Shown here: one piece after another, positions 34,533-43,109 of the stretch
Position numbering within the stretch: the stretch's first letter is position 1
How the letters are laid out: the number at the start of each line of letters is the position of its first letter
Assembly (NCBI GenBank): GCA_964443495.1
Contig: CAYUCS010000003.1
Location: 68,031-132,030 of the forward strand
DNA length: 64,000 nt
From: an uncultured Gammaproteobacteria bacterium
Lineage (GTDB): Bacteria > Patescibacteriota > Patescibacteriia > Patescibacteriales > GWE2-39-37
Reading direction: 5' to 3'
Translations under genes and position numbers: made by a program
Notes under the pieces: generated by a model
What the model was told of the DNA's origin: nothing
Seen by the model: only the letters and a program-made list of their open reading frames with translations
Database searches by the model: none

Positions 34533-35258
34533 CTAAGCTTGTTTTTTCATTCTGAAAACCAAGAACTGCTGCAATACTGTTAATAGGGTCATGACAAGCC
34601 AATATAGAGACAGGCCTGCCGGCAAAGTTATGCCAATAAATACGGTTAACGCTGGCATCATGTACAGCATCTGCTTGTTCATCACGGCTGCGAAATCCTC
34701 ATCTTTTGCGCCTTCATCCTGGACGGTTGGCCGCTGGTTCGAAAGCATCTTGGCCTGCCAGAACTGGGCCAAGCCGGCAAGCACAGCGAGTAAATAGTTC
34801 GGGTTGGCAAGATTAATGAGTCCGAAAAATCCCTGCGGATTAATTGCCTCCGGCCTACTGACAAACCCGTAAAGGTAATCCAATATTTGCTTGTTTGTGC
34901 TGATTTCACGAAAAACCTGAAAGACCGCAAAAAAGAAAGGCAGCTGGATCAACAAGGGCAGACACGAAGAGAAGGGGTTAATCTTGTGTTCACGATAAAG
35001 CGCCATGGTGGCCTTGGCTTGCTCTTCTTTGTTGCTGGCGTGAACTTTTTTAATTTCTTCCAGTTTAGGCTGCAGTTCTTGAAGTTCTTTTTGAGCCTTG
35101 ATCGCTTGCCGAGAAAATGGCCACAAGAACAATTTAATCAAAATCGTTATGATAATTATCGCGATGGCTAAATCATGCCCAGGGATGAAGTTATAAATAA
35201 CTACCAATAAATTAAGAATCGGCTTATAACAAACCGCGATAAACAAATCATTAAACAT
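34533..35258 (-). CDS. yidC: Membrane protein insertase YidC (short form)
   Basis: KLFLWPFSRQAIKAQKELQELQPKLEEIKK...NPFSSCLPLLIQLPFFFA...LYW; 241 aa. Confidence 0.9.
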   Translation of the reverse strand: MFNDLFIAVCYKPILNLLVVIYNFIPGHDLAIAIIIITILIKLFLWPFSRQAIKAQKELQELQPKLEEIKKVHASNKEEQAKATMALYREHKINPFSSCLPLLIQLPFFFAVFQVFREISTNKQILDYLYGFVSRPEAINPQGFFGLINLANPNYLLAVLAGLAQFWQAKMLSNQRPTVQDEGAKDEDFAAVMNKQMLYMMPALTVFIGITLPAGLSLYWLVMTLLTVLQQFLVFRMKKQA

Positions 35259-35280
35259 AAAAGGTTGTTTGTATTATTTT

Positions 35281-35526
35281 TTAAACCGGGTCAAACCCGC
35301 CTTTGCTCCAAGGATTGCATCGTAAAATTCTCCAAGAGGCCTTGAATGTGCCCTTGACCGCACCGTGTTTTTCAATCGCCTGGATAGCATACTCCGAGCA
35401 GGTGGGGTAATACCGGCAATAACCGTGCGGATAAAGGTGCTTTAGCCAACCATGGTCAAAGGAGAGCGTCTTTTGGTAAATCTTTATGAGCCCGATAAGA
35501 AAATACTGGGGCAAGGCCTTTAACAT
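35281..35526 (-). CDS. yidD: Membrane protein insertion efficiency factor YidD
   Basis: [23 protein letters not shown]...RILRCNPW. Confidence 0.9.
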   Translation of the reverse strand: MLKALPQYFLIGLIKIYQKTLSFDHGWLKHLYPHGYCRYYPTCSEYAIQAIEKHGAVKGTFKASWRILRCNPWSKGGFDPV

Positions 35527-35527
35527 A

Positions 35528-35869
35528 TTATTTTTTTATTTTTAAACGCCTCATATTATAAAGATAAGACTTCTCCAAATCAGCAAAAGGCTGCCCAAGG
35601 GCAGCCGGTAGTGCTATAACAACCAAGTCGTTGCCAAAATCAGCATCAAGGGTATGTTTGGTTGCGATGTATCTAATTTGCCTTCGCAAACGATTTCGTA
35701 ATACAGCTTTTTTGCTAACCTTATTGCTAATTATTATACCCAACCTCGCCTCCGAGAGGGTATTCGGCTTTGCTTTAATGCCCAATAATTGGTCATAACT
35801 AGCCCTCCCTGTTTTAAAGACGGAATCAAAGTCCTTTTTTTTCCGTAAATGACCAATTGGGCTAGGCAT
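35528..35869 (-). CDS. rnpA: Ribonuclease P protein component
   Basis: Basic 113-aa protein with the RNR-like motif ([12 protein letters not shown]); positioned between rpmH and yidD. Confidence 0.9.
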   Translation of the reverse strand: MPSPIGHLRKKKDFDSVFKTGRASYDQLLGIKAKPNTLSEARLGIIISNKVSKKAVLRNRLRRQIRYIATKHTLDADFGNDLVVIALPAALGQPFADLEKSYLYNMRRLKIKK

Positions 35870-35881
35870 AAGCCTGATCGA

Positions 35882-36019
35882 TTATTTGGTTAATTTCTTG
35901 CGGCCTTTTGCGCGGCGCCTTTTAATGACATTGCGGCCATTCTTAGTGGCCACCCTTTTCAAAAAACCATGCTTCTTGCTCGCTCGTTTCTTGTTGGGCT
36001 GATAAGTTCGTTTTGGCAT
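35882..36019 (-). CDS. rpmH: 50S ribosomal protein bL34 (below the ORF-track size cutoff)
   Basis: My own translation of the minus strand: [45 protein letters not shown]. Confidence 0.9.
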   Translation of the reverse strand: MPKRTYQPNKKRASKKHGFLKRVATKNGRNVIKRRRAKGRKKLTK

Positions 36020-36279
36020 AACCTTTACATTATTATAAATATCCTTAAGATAAAAAGGTCTAGGTACTTTGTATAAGTAAAAAGCCCCTGACCTTAAAAG
36101 AAGATTCTAAAAAATACTAACATCTTTAAAGCTTTTAGTCAATTGTCGACAGGGCATGCATTTATAGACATATCAACAGTTTATACACAGCCCAAGCCCT
36201 TTCTTATAGTTGAAGCCCCTGTTATACTTTCATCATCAAAGACCTCTCATTTTAAATCTTCAAAATAACCCCCTTGCTT
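36020..36279. other. rpmH-dnaA intergenic region with weak DnaA-box-like motifs (possible upstream oriC/dnaA-promoter part)
   Basis: TTATACACA (36181-36189, 1 mismatch to TTATCCACA) and TTATAGACA (36162-36170, 2 mismatches). Confidence 0.35.
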
Positions 36280-37638
36280 ATGAACAATGAACAGCTTTGG
36301 CAGGCTGCCTTAGGTGAAATCGAGCTAACACTATCCCGAGCAAACTTCACCACCTGGTTCAAAGACACCTTTATTTCCTCCTTTGAAAACAATCAAGCTG
36401 TTGTTTGTGTTCCTAACACCTTCACTAAGGCTTGGCTGGAAAAAAAGTATCATCAAGAAATCTTAAGCGCTTTAAAAAGCGTAACCAGCCAACCAATAAA
36501 GGATATTTTTTATAAGGTTGAAGCGCGTAAGACGGCCCCGGTCTCCGACATTGTAAAACGCGTACGACCAACCGATACGGAAAGGCTGCACACCGAAGTC
36601 CTGCCAATCAATCGTTTCGGGTTAAACAACCGCTACACCTTTGACAACTTCGTCGTTGGCAAGGGCAATGAACTGGCACACGCCGCTTGCCAGGCGGTAG
36701 CCTCCAATCCTGGCAATGCCTACAACCCTCTTTTTATATATGGCGGAGTCGGGCTGGGCAAAACCCACCTACTGCAAGCGATTGGACACAACCTCTCAAA
36801 AAAGACCGACAAGATCATGTATATCACCTCTGAGAAGTTTACCAACGACTACATTCAGGCGGTTAAAAGCGGTCAAGCTCGCGAGTTCAAAGAAAGATAC
36901 CGTAACGTTGATCTCCTCCTTATTGATGATATACAGTTCATGGCTGGAAAAGATGGCACGCAAGAAGAGTTTTTTCACACCTTCAATGAACTCCATCAAA
37001 ACAACAAGCAAATCGTCCTAACTTCCGACCGTCCTCCAAAATCCATTCCAGCTTTAGAAAAACGCCTGCTTTCGCGCTTTGAATGGGGCATGATTGCCGA
37101 CGTCGGACAGCTCGACGTCGAGACAAGAATGGCCATCCTTGAACGTAAATGCCGAGAAAAAAACTATTCACTTGAAAATGAAATACTATCCTATGTGGCC
37201 GCCAATGTCCAAAACAACATAAGGGAGTTGGAGGGCGCCCTCAACAGGTTGATTGCTTATCACGAATTCAACAACTACAAGCCAACCATGGAAACTGCCA
37301 AAAACATCTTGGCAAGCATCATTATCAACTATCAACAAAAATCCACCAATGCCAAGTCGGTTATCGATGCCGTGGCACGTTTTTATGATGTGGCCGTTAA
37401 AGATATCACTGGCCAGAGCCGCAAGAAGGAGTTGGTTACGCCGAGGCAAATAATCATGTTTCTTTTGCGAGAAGAGGTAAATGCCTCATTCCCAACCATC
37501 GGCCAAGAGCTGGGCGGACGGGATCACACAACAGCGATGCACGCACACAATAAAATATCTAAAGAAATACAGGAAAACGAGCGCCTAAAACAAGAGTTAG
37601 AATCCATTAAACAACTTATCTACAGTGCCAGTGTATAA
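36280..37638 (+). CDS. dnaA: Chromosomal replication initiator DnaA
   Basis: ATG at 36280 (MNNEQLWQAALGEI...). Walker A GGVGLGKTHLL, Walker B LLLIDDIQF, and a C-terminal DNA-binding domain (...GGRDHTTAMHA). Confidence 0.97.
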   Translation: MNNEQLWQAALGEIELTLSRANFTTWFKDTFISSFENNQAVVCVPNTFTKAWLEKKYHQEILSALKSVTSQPIKDIFYKVEARKTAPVSDIVKRVRPTDTERLHTEVLPINRFGLNNRYTFDNFVVGKGNELAHAACQAVASNPGNAYNPLFIYGGVGLGKTHLLQAIGHNLSKKTDKIMYITSEKFTNDYIQAVKSGQAREFKERYRNVDLLLIDDIQFMAGKDGTQEEFFHTFNELHQNNKQIVLTSDRPPKSIPALEKRLLSRFEWGMIADVGQLDVETRMAILERKCREKNYSLENEILSYVAANVQNNIRELEGALNRLIAYHEFNNYKPTMETAKNILASIIINYQQKSTNAKSVIDAVARFYDVAVKDITGQSRKKELVTPRQIIMFLLREEVNASFPTIGQELGGRDHTTAMHAHNKISKEIQENERLKQELESIKQLIYSASV

Positions 37639-37901
37639 CTTTTGTGACTCCTTTTACGGCACAAACGCTCCGTGCAAAACCTTGAAGAGATTTTGGATAA
37701 GTCGGGCCAATTCAAGGATTACCCACAAAAGCAAAAAATAACCCACACAGCCACCAAGAACCCCGCACAGGTTTGCCAAAAAATTTCACGCAAACATTAA
37801 AGCCAAAACCAGGTTTTCAACTTATCCCGCGCCTTATTATCATTATTACTGTATCTTAAATATATATTTATTAATTAATAAATAACTAGTGAAGATTGTG
37901 T
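37639..37901. other. Probable oriC core: DnaA-box cluster plus AT-rich unwinding tract between dnaA and dnaN
   Basis: TTTGGATAA (37693-37701, reverse complement TTATCCAAA), TTACCCACA (37720-37728) and TAACCCACA (37740-37748). They are followed by a ~65-bp tract of almost pure A/T (37825-37890). Confidence 0.55.
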
Positions 37902-39026
37902 ATGAAATTTTCTAGTCTGCAAGAGAACCTAAAGCAAGGGTTATTTATAGCGGGACACCTGACTGGTAAAAATCAAAACCTCCCGATTTTGAATAATGTG
38001 CTGATTGAGGCTAAGCAGGGGAACATAAAACTAGTTTCAACAAACCTGGAGATTGGCATAAGTTGTGTCGTTCGGGGTAAAGTTGATCAAGAGGGGTCCT
38101 TTACGGTTGATGCGAAGATACTGGCTGACTATATTAACTTGCTGCCTAATCAAAAGATAGATATAGGGCTCAATAATAACTCCCTTACGATTACTTGTGA
38201 TAGTTACAACACTAAGGTCAAGGGTCAGTCAGCTGAAGATTTCCCCCTGATCCCTGTTGTAGAAAGGGGGAACTTCTGCAAAGTTCCGGTTCATCAATTT
38301 CGCAAAGCCCTGAATCAGGTTGTTTTTGCGGTTTCAACAAATGAAACCAGGGTTGAGCTCACTGGAGTTTTATTCAATTTGAATAATAAAGAGCTTGTTT
38401 TAGCCGCAACTGATAGTTATAGGTTGGCTGAGAAAAAGATCGGGGTTAAGGAAAGCACCATTGAGAGCGCCAGTGTCATAGTGCCGGCAAAAACGATCCA
38501 AGAGGTTGTTAGGATTATTTCGGGAACGAAAGATGATGTGGCTGGTGAAACGGAAGACGTTGAGGTTTATATTTACGAAAACCAGATTCTGTTCGTTTAC
38601 GGCTCAACCGAAGTGGTGTCTCGACTCATTGAAGGTCAATATCCGGATTATCGACAAATAATACCTGGTCAAGCCAAAACTAAGGCGGTTATTGAGCAGC
38701 AGCAGATTATGCGTGCCGTCAAGGCTTCGTCATTATTTGCTAAAACAGGAATTAATGATATTAATTTAGACTTCCCCAAAAACAAAGGCGGACTAGTCGT
38801 GTCCTCAGCCTCGGGGCAGACTGGTGAGAATATTGTCGAGGTTCCAGGCAAGATTGAGGGTGAGGATAATTTTGTGGTGGTGAACTATCGTTATTTATTG
38901 GACGGATTAAACACGATTGGTGGTGATGAGGTGGTGTTTGAGGTTGTGGATGGCAACACGCCATGTCTTTTGCGGCCCGCCGACAGCTCTGATTATCTTT
39001 ATATAGTGATGCCAATAAAACAGTAG
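37902..39026 (+). CDS. dnaN: DNA polymerase III beta sliding clamp
   Basis: ATG at 37902 (MKFSSLQENLKQGL...). Three-domain length (374 aa), with the ATDSYRLA motif. Confidence 0.95.
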   Translation: MKFSSLQENLKQGLFIAGHLTGKNQNLPILNNVLIEAKQGNIKLVSTNLEIGISCVVRGKVDQEGSFTVDAKILADYINLLPNQKIDIGLNNNSLTITCDSYNTKVKGQSAEDFPLIPVVERGNFCKVPVHQFRKALNQVVFAVSTNETRVELTGVLFNLNNKELVLAATDSYRLAEKKIGVKESTIESASVIVPAKTIQEVVRIISGTKDDVAGETEDVEVYIYENQILFVYGSTEVVSRLIEGQYPDYRQIIPGQAKTKAVIEQQQIMRAVKASSLFAKTGINDINLDFPKNKGGLVVSSASGQTGENIVEVPGKIEGEDNFVVVNYRYLLDGLNTIGGDEVVFEVVDGNTPCLLRPADSSDYLYIVMPIKQ

Positions 39027-39036
39027 ATAAGGGTTT

Positions 39037-39067
39037 AAAAAAACCGTCCGATTGGACGGTTTTTTTT
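39037..39067. terminator. Bidirectional terminator between convergent dnaN and the PBP gene
   Basis: AAAAAAACCGTCC-gatt-GGACGGTTTTTTT. Confidence 0.8.
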
Positions 39068-41939
39068 ATTTTACATCAATTGATAGCGGAGGTGATGAAA
39101 CGGTTTTATTGTCCCAAGTTACCCCGTTGATAATTATCTTGTAATTACCCGCTTGCTTGGGGGCTAACCAGGAGTAAGTTGAGGGAGAAGTTAGGTTTGG
39201 TTGGGTAAGGCTGCTAATAATCTTTTTTTCTGATGATGAGGCGGATTGCTCGAACATTATTTTACTAATAGCGCCAAGCCCCTCGATTGAGTAGCTAAGC
39301 GATAAGGACTCTGACTTGTTTGTCTCAATGGATAAGGATGGCTGGTTCCATGAGATTATTGGGTCGATCAATGCTTCTGTTGGGAAGTTGAGGTTAATGT
39401 TTAGTTTTTTTTCAGAGCAGTTATCGATATCGTCACAAAGGCGGACTGTTAGTTCCTGGAAGCCGCTTTTCAGAAAACTGATCGACTGATCAAGATTGAA
39501 TGGGTAGGTTGAAACAGTGGCAAGCAGATTGCCGTTTATATAATATTCAGCCCTATTAACGCCTCGAGGGGCGGTTACGCTACTTAAGGAAACCAGGAGG
39601 CGCGGCTCACTGATTGTTTGACCATCTAGCGGCTGTTCCACTGTAAAGAGCGGTTGGTTTTCTGCTTTGTGAAGATTATCCTTTTCAGTTGGGGGTGTGC
39701 TGGTTGATAGTAGGTTATTTTTTCTTGCCCAGGCTTGTACGGGGCCCTCCCAGAGGGCGAACTGAGAGTCGCTCGAGGGGTTGGTGGGGGCTGGTCCGCG
39801 AGGATTATTTTTATCAACATAGTATAGGATGCAGTGGGGTTGTCCGAAGTTTTTTTCCTCGATGAAGGAGGCTGGGGTGAGTTCGGTAGCCAGCAAACCA
39901 GACGCGCGATCAATTTTAACTGTCTGTGAACTGCTTGCAACACCATCAAGAACGGCCTTGCCAGTTTTAATCGGCTCGGGTGCTGTAAAAGCTTCAGTTG
40001 GGCTGCCAGCCAGAGCTTTTTTCATGTAAGCATTCCAGATGGGCGCCGCCACGACACTGCCATCCGCTCCACGCTTCATTGAAGTGGCGTCGTTGTTTCC
40101 AACCCAGACACCAGTTACGAGCGAGGGGGTATAACCAACCGTCCAAGCATCTTTATAGTCGTTGGTGGTGCCGGTTTTTGCTGCAACCTGACGGTCGGGC
40201 AGGGTCAAGAAGTTGCGCGAGCCGAAAACATAAGCACGGGCGTTGTTGTCCGATAAGATGCTGGTGATTTGCCGCGCGACTTGCGGATCAAAAGCTTTTG
40301 TCTTTTGTTCTTTATATTCTTCAAGCACCTTGCCACCGCGATCCTCAACCCGAAGGACCGGGGAAATTGCGTGGACGTCGCCATCTTGGGCGAAGGCGCT
40401 ATAAGCATTAACATGTTCAAGCAGCTGCACTTCTCCGCCGCCTAAAACCAAGGACAAACCGAAACGATCCTTGTCGTTCAGAGTGGAATACCCTAGCTTT
40501 TTAGCGACATCCATTACCGTGTTTACGCCAGCGAGGTACATTGCCTTGACGGCAGGAATATTCAAAGAACCAGCCAAGGCCTTCCGGATGGTTACTGGGC
40601 CATGCTCAGCTCCGTCGTAGTTGTGCGGTTCGTACTTTTTGCCAGGGTCGGTTGAAAAGTTGGTAACAAGGTCGTAAAGAATCGTGTCGGGAGTGTAACC
40701 CTTGGTGAATGCGGTGGCGTACACGATCGGCTTGAAAGAGGAACCTGGTTGTCGCGGACTGGTGGCAATATTCACCTGGCCGTCTATCTTGTCGCTAAAG
40801 TAGTCCTTAGAGCCCACCATGGCCAGAATTTGACCAGTTTTGGGGTCTATGGAAACTAGGGCTGCGTTGCTTGCTTGGTATTTTTCGTTTTTTTCCGCAC
40901 GTTCAGCGATTGCTTCCTCGGCAGCTTTTTGTTTTTCTATATCGATTGTGGAAATTATTTTCAAACCGCCCTGTTCGACAGTTTTTTCTCCGTATTTTTC
41001 CGACAAAACATCCTTGAGGTACATTACGAAGTGAGGAGCGATAATGTTCTCTTTCGGCTTAGTGAAGACAAGTTCGGTTTTTTTTGCCGCCTCTGCTTCA
41101 TCTTTGGAGATGTAGCCCTGTTCAGCCATCACATCTAAAACGTATTTTTGACGGCTAATTAACAGCTCTCGATTCGGTCCATAGGGCGAATAGCGGCTTG
41201 GCGCCTGAGGTAGTGCGGCTAGAATCGCTGCCTCCGCCAAGCTTACGTCTTGTATCCTTTTGCCAAAATATCTCTGGCTTGCCGACTCAACGCCATAAGC
41301 TGTCGATCCGTAAGGGATTTCATTTAAGTACATTTGGAGAATTTCGTCTTTTGAGAAACGTTTTTCCATTTGGTAAGCCAAAATCAGCTCCTTGATTTTT
41401 CTTACATAGCTTTTTTCATTAGTAAGGATGGCGTTCTTAACTAATTGTTGGGTGAGGGTTGAGCCGCCGGCCTTTTGATTCCGTAAAATATTGGTAATGG
41501 CTGTCCTGAAAATAGCCCACAAGCTGAACCCGCCGTGCTTGTAAAAGTTTTTATCTTCAATGGCGACGGTTGCATTGCGTACGTTTTGAGGAATGTCATT
41601 AAGTCCGACCAAGGTGCGTTTTTGGTCGCCATATATTTCATATAAGACTGTTTGGCCAGCACGGTCGTATATGCGCGTGCTTTGGGCGACCTGCCGTTCA
41701 ATCAGCTTGTTTGGGTCAGGGAGTCCTTGTGATAAATAAATGAAGCCGCCAACCATTAAGATGGTCATAACAACAATTGCGATAAGTGCACCCTTTTTTG
41801 TAATATAACGTAAAAATGAAAACTTAGCCGAAAGCTTCTTCTTTTTGGTTTCAGTGTTTTGAGGACGAATTGGCGAGTAAACCTGCCCGGGAGAGTCAGT
41901 GTTTTTCTTGTGTATAAACTGTGGAATAGGCATATGCAA
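39066..41939 (-). CDS. Class A penicillin-binding protein (glycosyltransferase GT51 plus transpeptidase) with a ~250-aa C-terminal beta-rich extension
   Basis: GT51 motifs EDKNFYKHGGF and GGSTLTQQLVKN. Transpeptidase motifs SSFKP, SLN and KTGTT. N-terminal TM anchor. Confidence 0.9.
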   Translation of the reverse strand: MHMPIPQFIHKKNTDSPGQVYSPIRPQNTETKKKKLSAKFSFLRYITKKGALIAIVVMTILMVGGFIYLSQGLPDPNKLIERQVAQSTRIYDRAGQTVLYEIYGDQKRTLVGLNDIPQNVRNATVAIEDKNFYKHGGFSLWAIFRTAITNILRNQKAGGSTLTQQLVKNAILTNEKSYVRKIKELILAYQMEKRFSKDEILQMYLNEIPYGSTAYGVESASQRYFGKRIQDVSLAEAAILAALPQAPSRYSPYGPNRELLISRQKYVLDVMAEQGYISKDEAEAAKKTELVFTKPKENIIAPHFVMYLKDVLSEKYGEKTVEQGGLKIISTIDIEKQKAAEEAIAERAEKNEKYQASNAALVSIDPKTGQILAMVGSKDYFSDKIDGQVNIATSPRQPGSSFKPIVYATAFTKGYTPDTILYDLVTNFSTDPGKKYEPHNYDGAEHGPVTIRKALAGSLNIPAVKAMYLAGVNTVMDVAKKLGYSTLNDKDRFGLSLVLGGGEVQLLEHVNAYSAFAQDGDVHAISPVLRVEDRGGKVLEEYKEQKTKAFDPQVARQITSILSDNNARAYVFGSRNFLTLPDRQVAAKTGTTNDYKDAWTVGYTPSLVTGVWVGNNDATSMKRGADGSVVAAPIWNAYMKKALAGSPTEAFTAPEPIKTGKAVLDGVASSSQTVKIDRASGLLATELTPASFIEEKNFGQPHCILYYVDKNNPRGPAPTNPSSDSQFALWEGPVQAWARKNNLLSTSTPPTEKDNLHKAENQPLFTVEQPLDGQTISEPRLLVSLSSVTAPRGVNRAEYYINGNLLATVSTYPFNLDQSISFLKSGFQELTVRLCDDIDNCSEKKLNINLNFPTEALIDPIISWNQPSLSIETNKSESLSLSYSIEGLGAISKIMFEQSASSSEKKIISSLTQPNLTSPSTYSWLAPKQAGNYKIIINGVTWDNKTVSSPPLSIDVK

Positions 41940-42023
41940 TGTGTTTATAGAAGGTTAATAACTAATTATATTTTACTAATATTTGCAAATTTTTACAAAT
42001 AGTGGTATTACTTGCTTATCTTA

Positions 42024-42065
42024 GAAAAAAAACACCCCAACGTCAATTGACGTTGGGGTGTTTTT
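42024..42065 (-). terminator. Intrinsic terminator after the galT-like gene
   Basis: AAAAAAAACACCCCAACGTCAATTGACGTTGGGGTGTTTTT. Confidence 0.8.
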
Positions 42066-42074
42066 ATGGTGAAA

Positions 42075-43001
42075 TTATTTTTTATAAAATTTAGCCGCCT
42101 CCTCCGGGGGCACCGAGTTGATGATTAGGCCTGAGCTGATTTCAACGCCAGCCCAGACTGAATCACGAGGCTGTAACTTGAGATAGAAATGCTGCTTTGG
42201 TTCGGAAATTGCCTGTTGAGTAAAAAAATTATAAGGGATGCCTAATAGGTGGAGCTTGATCAAGGCTCTTTTAAGGGCGTAGGCCAATGATTTGATTTCC
42301 CCCTGGTTGAGCTCGGTCATATTATCGACGTGACGCTTGGTGGTGAACCAAAGTTCGTAGTGATATTCGCTGGCGTAGGGGGTGAAGACTAGGATTTGAG
42401 CATCTTCATAAACCTTGCGTTTGCTTTTGGCCTCTTTCTTGATGATGTCGCAGTATGGGCAAGCCCCATGTTCGCTTTTATACTTTTCGGCCTCAGACAT
42501 CTCGTTAATTAATAGCGGGGGCAGGATTCGGGTGGCAAAAACCTGTGAATGAGAATGTGCCAATGAGGCGCCAGCCTTGGAACCGCTGTTCTTAAAGATC
42601 AGTATGTAGTCAAGTTTTTTGTTCTTGCTTAAAACAGTCATCCGGCTTCGATAAGCGTGCAAGACTTTTTCAAGCTGTGCCAGTGAAAATTCGTGCATCT
42701 CAGTACCATGCAAGGGTGTCTCAACAATGACTTCTTGCACTCCGAAGGCCTTGGGGTTGTTGGGGGTTACGGCAGGATATTTATTCTTAAGTACCATTAC
42801 TTCCCAATTTTTTTTGCCGCCAACGGCATCGATAATGAGATTCTTTTCAATGCCCTCGGGACAGAGCCCACACTTTACGTCTTTGTGGACAACCGAACTT
42901 TCTCGAACGTCCCGCGGGCGCTTGGCGCGTCCAGGAGTTATGATGACATATTTGTCTAAAAAATAATCTTTGCGGATTTCAGACTTAGGTTTTATTAACA
43001 T
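42075..43001 (-). CDS. galT: Galactose-1-phosphate uridylyltransferase-like (GalT/HIT superfamily nucleotidyltransferase)
   Basis: Zn-site Cys pair KCGLCPEG and the active-site H-x-H-x-Q motif (ASLAHSHSQVF); 308 aa. Confidence 0.75.
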   Translation of the reverse strand: MLIKPKSEIRKDYFLDKYVIITPGRAKRPRDVRESSVVHKDVKCGLCPEGIEKNLIIDAVGGKKNWEVMVLKNKYPAVTPNNPKAFGVQEVIVETPLHGTEMHEFSLAQLEKVLHAYRSRMTVLSKNKKLDYILIFKNSGSKAGASLAHSHSQVFATRILPPLLINEMSEAEKYKSEHGACPYCDIIKKEAKSKRKVYEDAQILVFTPYASEYHYELWFTTKRHVDNMTELNQGEIKSLAYALKRALIKLHLLGIPYNFFTQQAISEPKQHFYLKLQPRDSVWAGVEISSGLIINSVPPEEAAKFYKK

Positions 43002-43052
43002 GAAGTTTTGGTTTGATTTTAATACTAACAGTATAGCAAAACATCGGACAAC

Positions 43053-43082
43053 AAAAAAACAGCAAAGAGTCTGCTGTTTTTT
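43053..43082 (-). terminator. Intrinsic terminator ending the copper operon
   Basis: Minus strand: AAAAAACAGCA-gactctt-TGCTGTTTTTTT, 28 nt after the copA stop. Confidence 0.7.
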
Positions 43083-43109
43083 GCGACTTTTAACCAGGAG
43101 TACGTTTGG

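Noticed and set aside
34492-39067. Two terminators share the core CCGTCC-N4-GGACGG (34.5 kb and 39.05 kb), which could hint at a dispersed REP-like repeat.
   Set aside because: There are only two copies. Both sit exactly between convergent genes with A/T-run flanks, so ordinary terminators explain them, and the similarity beyond 6 bp per arm is weak.
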